The notes beneath the pieces were generated by a model that worked only from the letters and a program-made list of their open reading frames with translations, did not search any database and was not told the DNA's origin. Positions 47,517 to 56,655 of a stretch of DNA of 62,505 bases are shown piece after piece. The first letter of the stretch is position 1. Each line of letters begins with the position of its first letter. This stretch comes from an uncultured Candidatus Saccharibacteria bacterium (GTDB lineage: Bacteria > Patescibacteriota > Minisyncoccia > Phycocordibacterales > UBA2163). The stretch spans positions 1 to 62,505 of the forward strand of contig CAZVGL010000004.1 in assembly GCA_964626705.1 (NCBI GenBank). Reading direction: 5' to 3'. A program made the position numbers and the translations under genes.

Positions 47517-48356
47517 ATGATAAACAAAAATAAAATTATACTTATAGTAGTGATAATTGTTGTAGTTATAATAATTGCTTTTTTTACATTTAGAACTGAA
47601 GAAAAAGAGCCCAATGTTATAAAAGACGGCGGTATAGGAATAGGGCTAACTGATAATAATAGTGCGGCTGATATAGAAACTATACCTATAGACAACAGCG
47701 TTATCGATGAGAGTGGTATTGTAGACATCAATCGTATTAAAGAGAAAGAATTGGAAATACCAGATCTTAATCGTAAAATAGTATTTTCTAGCTCACTTTC
47801 TAGTGATGCACGTGACATTATTTTAAGTAATATTGCAACCTTAGTAACACAATTGAGAGAAGACCTAACATCATTTCAAAATTGGCTTGGTTTAGCGGTG
47901 CAGTATAAGATTGCTGGAGATTATATTGGAGCACGTGATGTTTGGGAGTTTATCAATGAAACATCTCCAGGGAACAGTATATCGTTTAATAATCTTGGTG
48001 ATTTGTACCATTATGATCTTAAAGATCTTACTAAGTCAGAGCAGAATTTTCGCAAATCTATAGAAAATAATACAGATAATACGCAAGCTTATCTAGGACT
48101 ACATGCCCTCTATAAATACTCATACAAGCAAGATACGACGCTTGTGGTGGATGTTTTGCTTGAGGGTATAGAATCCGTAGAAAACAACATTGACCTGCTG
48201 ACAACCCTTGCAGCGTATTATAAAGAAAGAGGGAATATGGCAAAAGGAGATCCAACAAATGCTAAAAAATACTATGAACAAGCTCTAGAAGAAGCCCAAA
48301 AGATGGGGGATACTCAGCTTATAGACACATTAACTAAAGAAATCTCCAACATATAA
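47517..48356 (+). CDS. Membrane-anchored TPR protein
   Basis: N-terminal TM; TPR-like repeats FNNLGDLY...A..NF, AKKYYEQAL. Confidence 0.8.
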   Translation: MINKNKIILIVVIIVVVIIIAFFTFRTEEKEPNVIKDGGIGIGLTDNNSAADIETIPIDNSVIDESGIVDINRIKEKELEIPDLNRKIVFSSSLSSDARDIILSNIATLVTQLREDLTSFQNWLGLAVQYKIAGDYIGARDVWEFINETSPGNSISFNNLGDLYHYDLKDLTKSEQNFRKSIENNTDNTQAYLGLHALYKYSYKQDTTLVVDVLLEGIESVENNIDLLTTLAAYYKERGNMAKGDPTNAKKYYEQALEEAQKMGDTQLIDTLTKEISNI

Positions 48357-48388
48357 CACAAAGGACTGTCCTTTGTGGGGATAACTTT
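48357..48388 (-). repeat. REP family A, left flank of RAYT
   Basis: CACAAAGGACTGTCCTTTGTGGGGATAACTTT; inverted partner 49140..49171. Confidence 0.9.
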
Positions 48389-48415
48389 TATAAAAATCCC
48401 TTACTTTAAGGGTTG

Positions 48416-48456
48416 TTAACAAAAAAACAAAGGACAGTCCTTTGTTTTTTTGTTAA
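48416..48456. repeat. Extended REP family A palindrome (20+1+20)
   Basis: TTAACAAAAAAACAAAGGAC-A-GTCCTTTGTTTTTTTGTTAA. Confidence 0.9.
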
Positions 48457-48474
48457 ATAGGTTAATATTATTAT

Positions 48475-49140
48475 ATGAGAAGAAAAACTCCTTTTTTTGT
48501 TGGGCAGGTATATCATATCTATAACAGAGGTAATGATAAAAAGATAATTTTTAATGGCGACTATGATTATAAGCGATTTATGCTTTTGCTTTATCTTTGT
48601 AATAGCACGACACCTGTGGATATAAGAAGGCTATTAGAAAAAGGACTGTCTTTTGTTGAACTGTTTGATCTTGATAGAGGGGATACTTTGGTTGATATAG
48701 GTGGTTTTTGTGCAATGCCGAACCATTTTCACTTACTACTTCATGAAAAAATGGAGAATGGTATAAGTCAGTTTATGAAAAAACTACTCACTTCTTATTC
48801 CATGTATTTCAATGCAAAAAATGAAAGAAAAGGAGCTCTTTTTGAGGGGCCTTTTAGAGATAAACATATTGATACTGATTCATATCTAAATTGGGTATTT
48901 TCATATATTCATTTGAATCCTGTTAAATTAATCGATAATGATTGGAAAGAAAAGGGAATATCTGACCCTGTAATTGTTAAAAATTTTATAGATAGTTATA
49001 AGTATTCAAGTTATTATGATTATTTTTTAGGGAATAGGCCTGAAAATTCTGTTTTGAGTAAGGATGCTTTTCCGGGAGATTTTTCGCAATTAGATGATTT
49101 TGAAGATTTAATACAGGAATTTAGAAAAGATAATTACTAA
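48475..49140 (+). mobile_element. REP-associated tyrosine transposase (RAYT; Y1 HUH, IS200-like)
   Basis: YHIYNRG, MPNHFHLLL (HUH), YIHLNPVK (catalytic Tyr); flanked by REP palindromes. Confidence 0.9.
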
Positions 49141-49175
49141 AAGTTATCCCCACAAAGGACTGTCCTTTGTGGGGA
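49140..49175 (+). repeat. REP family A, right flank of RAYT
   Basis: AAAGTTA-TCCCCACAAAGGAC-T-GTCCTTTGTGGGGA. Confidence 0.9.
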
Positions 49176-49206
49176 AAAGGTATGTGAATGTTGATATAAT
49201 TTATTT

Positions 49207-49386
49207 ATGAAATTGTTTAATAAGACCTCTTTGAAGTTTTTTGGTGGATTTGCGGCGATTGTGGTGGGAAGCATTGCAATTGCCTTTATTGCCGTCTACT
49301 TCAGCCCAGAGTCACGTCAGGAGCGCGCGGCGGTAGATCAGGACGCACAGGAAGAGGAGTTAGTGTCGGGTGAAAATCAGCAGTAA
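49207..49386 (+). CDS. Small single-TM protein (59 aa, absent from the ORF track)
   Basis: MKLFNKTSLKFFGGFAAIVVGSIAIAFIAVYF + acidic tail; in line with downstream genes. Confidence 0.6.
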   Translation: MKLFNKTSLKFFGGFAAIVVGSIAIAFIAVYFSPESRQERAAVDQDAQEEELVSGENQQ

Positions 49387-49393
49387 TTTATTT

Positions 49394-49900
49394 ATGAAAA
49401 AACTATTTAGCAAAAGAAGATTAAAGATCGTGGGGATTGTATTTGGAGCTTTGGTTTTGATTTATTTTGTGCTTTTTAGTCCGCAACTTATAGACTCTTT
49501 TAAGGCAGAAAAAGCTGCAAGAAATTATGATAAATGGGAAGAGTCTATTAAAGAACAATATAGAAATGATACATATGGCGGAGATACTCCGGAGGAGACA
49601 TGGGCTATGTTTATAGAAGCTCTTGAAAATAGGAATTTTGATCTCGCGGTTAAGTATTTTGATCTAAATGAACAGGAGAAGTGGGGAAGTGGATTAACTA
49701 AGATAATAGAAGAGAGGGGTATTGAAATATTTTTGTCAGAATTAAGAACTTTTAGAAAGGGCGAAAAAGAAAGCATCGGTGAAGATAAAAGGTATTATTT
49801 TTTTAGCTACTTTGATAAAGAATTTGATCGTGTACTCTCTGCTCAGGTTGTATTCTTCTTCAATCCATACTCTAAAGTTTGGAAGATATTAGGATTATAA
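49394..49900 (+). CDS. Membrane-anchored hypothetical protein (possibly NTF2-like)
   Basis: TM then DTYGGDTPEETWAMFIEALE. Confidence 0.7.
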   Translation: MKKLFSKRRLKIVGIVFGALVLIYFVLFSPQLIDSFKAEKAARNYDKWEESIKEQYRNDTYGGDTPEETWAMFIEALENRNFDLAVKYFDLNEQEKWGSGLTKIIEERGIEIFLSELRTFRKGEKESIGEDKRYYFFSYFDKEFDRVLSAQVVFFFNPYSKVWKILGL

Positions 49901-49902
49901 AC

Positions 49903-52900
49903 ATGTCTAAAAATAATACAAAATTGAAAATAGTTATTTTAACTATTGTTTTGTTGTTTTTGTTTGTAGTTCCTGGTACATCTCTTGCGTATTCTCCAAA
50001 CAATACACATCCTGACCTTACAAAAGAGATGGCAGAGTTGTATAATTTTCTAGAAAAAGATCATACATTTACACAAAAACAGGTGGACTGGATGAAGAAG
50101 GGGGCTGAGAATGAAGACAAGCCAGCACGATGGATAAACCATTTTTATGATCCAGTGCATAAAATAGGTTGGGATGGGAGCAACTTCGGAAACTTGTCTA
50201 AAGAAGAAGGACTTGCTCAAGGAGAGGGTTTGTCTCCGAGAAAGTTACTTCCATCTATAAAGTGGGTGGTAAATCAAGAAGCTCAAGCTATGTATGGTAA
50301 TCAATACGGTAATAGAACATGGCAAAGAGCACTACACTCATATATAAATGGAGACGAGAAAGAAGCTTTTATAACACTTGGGCATGTTCTTCACTTGGTG
50401 GAAGACCTGTCTGTACCTGACCATACAAGGAATGACCCGCATTCAGGTTTGTTTGGAGATTCAAGCTCACCTTATGAAGATTACTCTAAAGAATATAGTA
50501 ATAGTAACACCCTGCTTGTGGCAGAAAAGCTATTTTTAGAAAAAGTGGACTTGATGAATTTTAATAAAGTGCAGGATGCATTTGAACATATGGCTAACTA
50601 TTCTAATAGTAGTTTCTTTTCGGAAGACACTGTCAGTAATGTGAATTATAGAGAACCAAATATTTTCAGATTAGATAAAGTTGTAAGAAGGACAAATAAA
50701 GAAGATCTTATATTTATGTACGATAAAGGTAATAACACATACTTATCGTATAAAGATTCATCTGGGGATTATTCTTTGAAAGAGGAAGAGTTGATTCTCC
50801 CATCTTACGTCGAACATCTCTTCCCGAAAGCTGTACTTGTGGGGGCGAGTGTTATAGATTTGTTTTTTAAAGAGGTTGAAAAATATAAAGAAAATCCGGA
50901 TTTACTCGAGCCTTTAGTTGCTGACTCACATGAATCGATTGTTGCGACCATTAAAAAAAGCCCGAAGATTATAGTTTTAAATACTGTTAATTTTGTGGAT
51001 GATACTGTTGTTGGTACAAAGATTGTTATACAAGATACAAAGGACAAAATAGTAAAATCTGTTTCTGGTATGGCTAGTATTGTCACTAATTTCTTTTCTG
51101 CACCATCATATGTAAATGATATTGATATAAGTAATATTGCAACGGTTGTGAAAGCTGTAGATTCTCCACAAGAATCTACAGAGGTTGTGGTAATAAAAGA
51201 GCCTGTGGTTGTGGAAACAAAGCCTAAAATAGAAGAAATAGAAATACTTGAGGAAATAGTTATTGTAGAAAATAAAAAAATTGAAGAGCAAAATATTACA
51301 GAAGTAGAGTCAGAAATTGAGACAGAAGAAGATTCTACAGATATTTACAAGCCAAAGCTAATTCCAGTAAATACTCCGTTTTTCGGAGGAGGTGGTGGTG
51401 GAAGTAACAATACTCCAGATTCTTCCACAGATGATATTGTATTAGATACAGAAGCGCCAACAGTTTCTTTGACTTCTTTAGAGTGTCAAAACACTCTCGC
51501 TGTTTCCGGATGTCTTGTTGCCACCACTACGCTAAACTTTTCTTGGAGTTCTGAGGCAGATGATCTTGGTTATTACATATTGGATCAAAATGGTGCTATT
51601 TCCACTACAACTGCAACGTCTACAGCATTAATAGTTTCAAATAATACTACTTATAATTTTTCAGTCTCTGCAAAAGACGAAACTGGAAATACATCAGCCA
51701 CATCAACACAAGAAATAGAAATCATGACAAGTCCGATAGTGATAAACGAAGTTGCATGGGCAGGAACAACAGCAGATTCTTCTGATGAATGGGTTGAGCT
51801 CTATAATATATCAACCAAAGATATTGATTTGTCGCAATGGGTTTTTATGGCAGAAGATGGTGTGCCTTACATACCGTTGTCTGGCATTGTTTCAGCGGGT
51901 GAATATTATCTTCTTGAAAGAACTGACGATGATACAGTAAGTGATATTCAGGCTGACTTAGTAGCGCCATTTAGCGGTATAGGTAATGGTTCTGGACTTA
52001 GTAATTCTGGTGAAGATTTACTTCTTTTATATGTAGATCAAAATAATGCTACAAGCACTATTGATGAAGTGCCAAGTTGTGGTGGTTGGTGCGGGGGTTT
52101 GAGTTCGCAAAAATATACGATGGAAAGATATGACCCATATGGTTCAGATTGGGCTACAGCTATAGGATACATGTGGAATGGTTCTGATGCGAGCATCAAT
52201 TCAATAATCGGCACTCCGAAAGCAAAAAATAGTATTAGTTATCAAATAGCAAACGGAACATCACTATCTACCGATAAGACTCTAACACAAGAAAATTCTC
52301 CATACCTTGTTACGAATAGCGGGTTTACTGTTAATGCAGGAATAACACTTACTTTAGAAGAGGGTGTCGTTATAAAAATCGTCAATCCAAATGAACCACA
52401 GATTGTAATTAATGGGACATTGAAGACGACTGGTATAGCGTCTAATCCTGTTGTAATAACTGCATTTGCTGATGACGAGTACGGTGGAGATATGAATAAT
52501 GATGCAACTTCTACTACACCCACAGCGGGTAGTTGGAAAAATCTTACGATAAATGATTCAAGCTTAGGATCATCATTAGATAATACTATTATTCGTTATG
52601 GTGGTAGGTGGTTTAATAATATGAGTGTTCGAGCATCTGTTATTGTAGATACTGCAGATGTTAGTTTTCAAAATGTGACAGTTGAGCATTCTAAGAAACA
52701 TGGGCTCCATCTTACATCTTCTGCTAGTACTGTATTAAATTCTATATTTAAAAATAATAATACAGACGCTGATTCAGCTGGATTGTATGTTGCTAGTGGA
52801 TCCCCAAATATTTCAGATAATACATTTCAAGATAATAAATATGGAATGTTTGTGTCTAGTTCGCCAGATATGTCTGCATCTTCTAATAATTTTATTGATA

Positions 52901-53703
52901 ATTCAATTGAGGCAGTACATGTTTCTAGTTCTATAGGATTATTTTCTGGAAATACAGGTTCAGGTAATGGGCTTAATGCTATTTTGATAGGCGACGATGG
53001 TAGTATTACCGACTCTGGAAGTGGTACTACAACACTTGGAGCTAACTCCTTGCCATATCTTGTAAGGGGTAGTACACAAATAACCGCGAGCACCACGCTC
53101 GCTTTTGAGGATGGTGTCGTGATAAAAAGTTACAACAATGTCTCAAGTTATATGGGTAAAATAATCGTAAAAGATGGAGGTAAATTATTTCACAACAGTA
53201 CAAATTCTGACAACTTAATCTTTACATCAATACATGACGATTCTGTAGGAGAAGCTGTTGATTCTACAATAACTTCTCCTTCGGCTGGAGATTGGTATGG
53301 TATCGACGTCGAAAGTGGGGGAATGTTGGATATGAGTGGGTTTACCGTTCGTTATGCTGGAGGCAAAACAGCAGCAAGTGGTAACGATAAAGGAGGGATT
53401 AAGTTTACGGGTGGGACTGCCACGAGTACGATAGCAAACGCTTTAATACAAGACAATTATCAATACGGGATACGGGCTTTTAGTGGTGTGAGTTTGTCAG
53501 TAAGTAATACTACGATAAAAAATCACACAGAAGAGAAACAGCCGCCAGCTGCTGGGATAATTTTGTTTGATTCAGATCTAGAGCTTCAGAATATGACATT
53601 CGATAATAATGACTTGGATGTATATGCTCTAGGTAGTTATTCACTCAACTGCTTAGAAAACTGTAGTACTGCCAATACAGATCCGATAGGGCTTCTACCA
53701 TAG
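49903..53703 (+). CDS. Secreted multidomain protein: phospholipase C/P1-nuclease-like + linker + FN3-like + lamin-tail domain + right-handed beta-helix
   Basis: Signal peptide; TH, ED, NHFYDP, GHVLHLVED..VPDH Zn ligands; VINEVAWAG..DEWVELYN; beta-helix repeats. Confidence 0.78.
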   Translation: MSKNNTKLKIVILTIVLLFLFVVPGTSLAYSPNNTHPDLTKEMAELYNFLEKDHTFTQKQVDWMKKGAENEDKPARWINHFYDPVHKIGWDGSNFGNLSKEEGLAQGEGLSPRKLLPSIKWVVNQEAQAMYGNQYGNRTWQRALHSYINGDEKEAFITLGHVLHLVEDLSVPDHTRNDPHSGLFGDSSSPYEDYSKEYSNSNTLLVAEKLFLEKVDLMNFNKVQDAFEHMANYSNSSFFSEDTVSNVNYREPNIFRLDKVVRRTNKEDLIFMYDKGNNTYLSYKDSSGDYSLKEEELILPSYVEHLFPKAVLVGASVIDLFFKEVEKYKENPDLLEPLVADSHESIVATIKKSPKIIVLNTVNFVDDTVVGTKIVIQDTKDKIVKSVSGMASIVTNFFSAPSYVNDIDISNIATVVKAVDSPQESTEVVVIKEPVVVETKPKIEEIEILEEIVIVENKKIEEQNITEVESEIETEEDSTDIYKPKLIPVNTPFFGGGGGGSNNTPDSSTDDIVLDTEAPTVSLTSLECQNTLAVSGCLVATTTLNFSWSSEADDLGYYILDQNGAISTTTATSTALIVSNNTTYNFSVSAKDETGNTSATSTQEIEIMTSPIVINEVAWAGTTADSSDEWVELYNISTKDIDLSQWVFMAEDGVPYIPLSGIVSAGEYYLLERTDDDTVSDIQADLVAPFSGIGNGSGLSNSGEDLLLLYVDQNNATSTIDEVPSCGGWCGGLSSQKYTMERYDPYGSDWATAIGYMWNGSDASINSIIGTPKAKNSISYQIANGTSLSTDKTLTQENSPYLVTNSGFTVNAGITLTLEEGVVIKIVNPNEPQIVINGTLKTTGIASNPVVITAFADDEYGGDMNNDATSTTPTAGSWKNLTINDSSLGSSLDNTIIRYGGRWFNNMSVRASVIVDTADVSFQNVTVEHSKKHGLHLTSSASTVLNSIFKNNNTDADSAGLYVASGSPNISDNTFQDNKYGMFVSSSPDMSASSNNFIDNSIEAVHVSSSIGLFSGNTGSGNGLNAILIGDDGSITDSGSGTTTLGANSLPYLVRGSTQITASTTLAFEDGVVIKSYNNVSSYMGKIIVKDGGKLFHNSTNSDNLIFTSIHDDSVGEAVDSTITSPSAGDWYGIDVESGGMLDMSGFTVRYAGGKTAASGNDKGGIKFTGGTATSTIANALIQDNYQYGIRAFSGVSLSVSNTTIKNHTEEKQPPAAGIILFDSDLELQNMTFDNNDLDVYALGSYSLNCLENCSTANTDPIGLLP

Positions 53704-53721
53704 AGTTATCCACAGTTTATC

Positions 53722-53746
53722 CCCACAAAGGACTGTCCTTTGTGGG
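53722..53746. repeat. REP family A palindrome
   Basis: CCCACAAAGGAC-T-GTCCTTTGTGGG right after the stop codon. Confidence 0.9.
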
Positions 53747-53834
53747 ATTGGACAAAAGATATGTGCGGATATATATTGTTGTTAGAAGTACTGAGTACTT
53801 AGTTCTATATATTGAATAAATTTAATTAATCTTC

Positions 53835-54251
53835 TTGGAAAGAGGTGTAACAGTGACGAAAGTTAAAGAGTGTTGGGAAACAAGAAATCTAGCTAAGATG
53901 TCGCTTGAAATATGCACCAATCTTTCTCCTAGATGCAGAGACCATTGTCCTGAATGTCTCATACTCCATTCTCCTAGTAAATGTAAGAAAAAAAATAGGA
54001 TTGATAGTTTTTTTGAACACAATTTGAATCCTGTGTTGTTAGTACTGTTTGGTAAAGATGAATTTTTTTATAGATTGAAAACACCATCTATATCTGAATC
54101 TTCCAAACCTCTCGTCTTTTTAATTTTTATAAAAGAGGAGGCTGCTGTAAAGAAAATATCTTTTGTAACAAGAGTTCGTATAATACGGACATTAAGGAGT
54201 TTGTGTAAGGGGAAAAAAGAAATAACAAGATATCGTATTAAATGGTCTTAG
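53835..54251 (+). CDS. Hypothetical Cys-rich protein, start uncertain
   Basis: ORF only; no family recognised. Confidence 0.4.
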   Translation: MERGVTVTKVKECWETRNLAKMSLEICTNLSPRCRDHCPECLILHSPSKCKKKNRIDSFFEHNLNPVLLVLFGKDEFFYRLKTPSISESSKPLVFLIFIKEEAAVKKISFVTRVRIIRTLRSLCKGKKEITRYRIKWS

Positions 54252-54325
54252 AAATAGGTCTTAGGTTGGTAAGATTATGTACAGAGAGTAGTTGGCGCTT
54301 ATAAGCTGACTGCTCTCTTTTTGGG

Positions 54326-54354
54326 TTGACAAAGTGGTGAATTATAGGTATACT
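54326..54354 (+). promoter_or_regulatory. Near-consensus sigma70 promoter
   Basis: TTGACA-17 nt-TATACT. Confidence 0.65.
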
Positions 54355-54489
54355 TTGGAGAGAAATTTATATTGGATTGTATAAGAGTTGGACATTAATA
54401 AAAGAAAGAGGTGGTACGAACAAAAAAGATTTGGGAAAAGGATTTTCTATTATACTTTTTGTTAAATTTTAGTAAAAGGAGGTTGCATA

Positions 54490-54966
54490 ATGCGTGTGGT
54501 TAAGAAGGATAGAAGACATCGTCCTGGGCTTGATATTCATGTCGGTACAAAAAATCAAAGATCACTTACGTTAAGCGTCATCAGTAATCTACCTAATAAT
54601 CATGCAGGCCATGAAAGGTTGATGGATTATTGTGAGGAAAGCGTTTTGCTTGTAGTAAAAGATTTTGTAATGTTTGGACTTGAAGTAACTTCAAGTGTTT
54701 ACATGCTAAAAGATGAGGATTTAAAAGAAGGTGAGAAAAAGAGAAATGTTGCATCTGTAGATATAAAAGCTATGTCTACGATAGGTAAATTTAAGGAAAT
54801 TTTGGCGGAAATAAAAAAACGTAGTGAAAAGTCTGGTCGGGGTCCTGTAAGGGTTTATAAGGTCTTTGGAGAAAAGAAAAAAGTAAGAATTAAAAAGAAG
54901 AAACTTGTCGCTGTGTCAGCCCCGAAAGACGAAACTGTTGTAAATAAAACTAACACTACCTCTTGA
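54490..54966 (+). CDS. Hypothetical basic protein
   Basis: ORF with strong SD (AAGGAGG) and an upstream promoter. Confidence 0.6.
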   Translation: MRVVKKDRRHRPGLDIHVGTKNQRSLTLSVISNLPNNHAGHERLMDYCEESVLLVVKDFVMFGLEVTSSVYMLKDEDLKEGEKKRNVASVDIKAMSTIGKFKEILAEIKKRSEKSGRGPVRVYKVFGEKKKVRIKKKKLVAVSAPKDETVVNKTNTTS

Positions 54967-54990
54967 CAAATATTGCTAATGGTGTATACT
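54963..54990 (+). promoter_or_regulatory. Near-consensus sigma70 promoter
   Basis: TTGACA-16 nt-TATACT. Confidence 0.55.
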
Positions 54991-55121
54991 ATTAGTAGTG
55001 AATTGAATTGAGCTTTCTTGTTAGAGGGCTCGTGCACCTTATAATGCTCTGTAATCTGCTAAAATACTAAAATCTAATTAGCTATAAAGTAGCAGATTGC
55101 AGAGCAAAAAGGAGGGATGTT

Positions 55122-55280
55122 ATGAAGGTTATATGTGTATATTGTAAGGCGGATTTGGGAGAAAAAGAGCCTTATGAAAATAAGGCAGAAACCCATGGCG
55201 CTTGTACTCCTTGTTTTGAAGCAGAAATGAAGGAGATTAAAAAAAAGCGTGAGGGTAGAAAGAAAACAAGTAGTGGTTAA
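55122..55280 (+). CDS. 52-aa zinc-finger-like protein (absent from the ORF track)
   Basis: CVYC...HGACTPC, basic tail, SD AAGGAGGG. Confidence 0.75.
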   Translation: MKVICVYCKADLGEKEPYENKAETHGACTPCFEAEMKEIKKKREGRKKTSSG

Positions 55281-55511
55281 GATCCATATTCAGCTAATAA
55301 GTTGGATATGGGTCTGTTTTGTTTCAAATTTGACAGAAAGCCAATATCTGGTACACTCATATTCATAGAGGACTGGAGACAGTGGGTGCTCATAAAGAGC
55401 TTAATTTCCTACTTAGGTCAGAAATACTGTATTTTGTATGGTGTTTCAGACTCCAAGCCTGTATTAACAGGTCGTTTTTATTGAAAAATAAATAGAGAAT
55501 TAGTATTACAT

Positions 55512-56000
55512 ATGGCATTAACAAAAGACAAGAAGGGTGAGATATTGAACAAATTAAAAGATATTTTTAGTGGTGCAGAGTCTGCTGTGTTCGTGAAGTT
55601 TAACGGACTTACAGTATTAGACACTGAAGAAATGAGGAATGCACTTCGTGAAGAGGGTGTCGGTTACTTTGTAGCAAAAAAGACACTTATCAAGCGTACG
55701 CTTGCTGAAGCTGGTATCGAAGGAGAACTACCAGCGCTTGACGGTGAGATCGCCGTTGCATACAGTACTGATCTTACAGCACCAGCGAGAGGAGTTTTTG
55801 AATTTGCGAAGAAGTTTAAAGATAATCTTGCTATTGCCGGAGGTATCTTTGAAGGGCGATATATGAATGAAGCAGAGATGACAGAGATAGCTTCTATTCC
55901 ACCACTTCAAACACTGTATGGTATGTTTGTAAATATTATAAACTCACCAATACAAAGATGTGCTATTGCGCTTGATCAGATCGCGCAGAGTAAAGCTTAA
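55512..56000 (+). CDS. rplJ: 50S ribosomal protein L10
   Basis: GLTV.....R..LR, VAKKTL, I..IP.L..L; upstream of rplL. Confidence 0.96.
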   Translation: MALTKDKKGEILNKLKDIFSGAESAVFVKFNGLTVLDTEEMRNALREEGVGYFVAKKTLIKRTLAEAGIEGELPALDGEIAVAYSTDLTAPARGVFEFAKKFKDNLAIAGGIFEGRYMNEAEMTEIASIPPLQTLYGMFVNIINSPIQRCAIALDQIAQSKA

Positions 56001-56024
56001 TTATTAAAATAATAAATTATTAAT

Positions 56025-56531
56025 ATGTCAGAAGAAGAAAATAAAACAGAAGAAGTAAAGGTTGAGGCTCCTGCAACAGAAGCTCCAGCTGAAGAAAAAG
56101 CTCCAGAAGCTGAAGCTCCTAAAGAAGAAGCTAAAGCAGAAGAAGCTGCTCCAGTAGAAGTTCCAGAGAAGTTCAAAAAGATCGTAGAAGAGATCGAGAA
56201 GATGTCAGTAATGGAACTTAACGAACTTGTAAAAGTTTTTGAAGCTAAGTTTGGTGTTTCTGCACAAGCTGTAGCTGCAGGTCCTGCAGCAGGAGGCGCA
56301 GCAGATGCTGGCGAAGAGCAAGATTCGTTTACAGTAGAGCTTACAGAAGCAGGAGGACAGAAAATAGCTGTTATTAAGGCAGTTAAAGGTCTTCTAGGTC
56401 TTGGTCTAAAAGAAGCTAAAGATGCAGTAGATGGTGCTCCGGGAGTACTTAAGGAAGGTGTAAAGAAAGAAGAAGCGGAAGAAATGAAGAAAATGATCGA
56501 AGAGGCAGGTGGAAAGGTAACACTTAAATAA
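56025..56531 (+). CDS. rplL: 50S ribosomal protein L7/L12 with ~45-aa acidic N-terminal extension
   Basis: [29 protein letters not shown]. Confidence 0.98.
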   Translation: MSEEENKTEEVKVEAPATEAPAEEKAPEAEAPKEEAKAEEAAPVEVPEKFKKIVEEIEKMSVMELNELVKVFEAKFGVSAQAVAAGPAAGGAADAGEEQDSFTVELTEAGGQKIAVIKAVKGLLGLGLKEAKDAVDGAPGVLKEGVKKEEAEEMKKMIEEAGGKVTLK

Positions 56532-56539
56532 GTTATCCC

Positions 56540-56560
56540 CACAAAGGACTGTCCTTTGTG
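56540..56560. repeat. REP family A palindrome after rplL
   Basis: AGTTATCCC-CACAAAGGAC-T-GTCCTTTGTG, followed by terminator hairpin AAAAAGAGGCC..GGCCTCTTTTT. Confidence 0.9.
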
Positions 56561-56655
56561 TGAAAAAGAGGCCTAATGGCCTCTTTTTTGGTGACTATTT
56601 TTAATGCTTGTCAATTCTAGATATTTGTATGTGTAGGTGGTAGAATATCTGCATC

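Noticed and set aside
55300-55511. L10 ribosomal leader RNA upstream of rplJ
   Set aside because: Only a short stem (CCTGT-ATTA-ACAGG) is visible; the kink-turn consensus cannot be confirmed without a covariance model.
48357-56560. CRISPR array suggested by recurring palindromes
   Set aside because: Copies are kilobases apart, not separated by regular 30-40-nt spacers, and no cas genes are present; they fit REPs.
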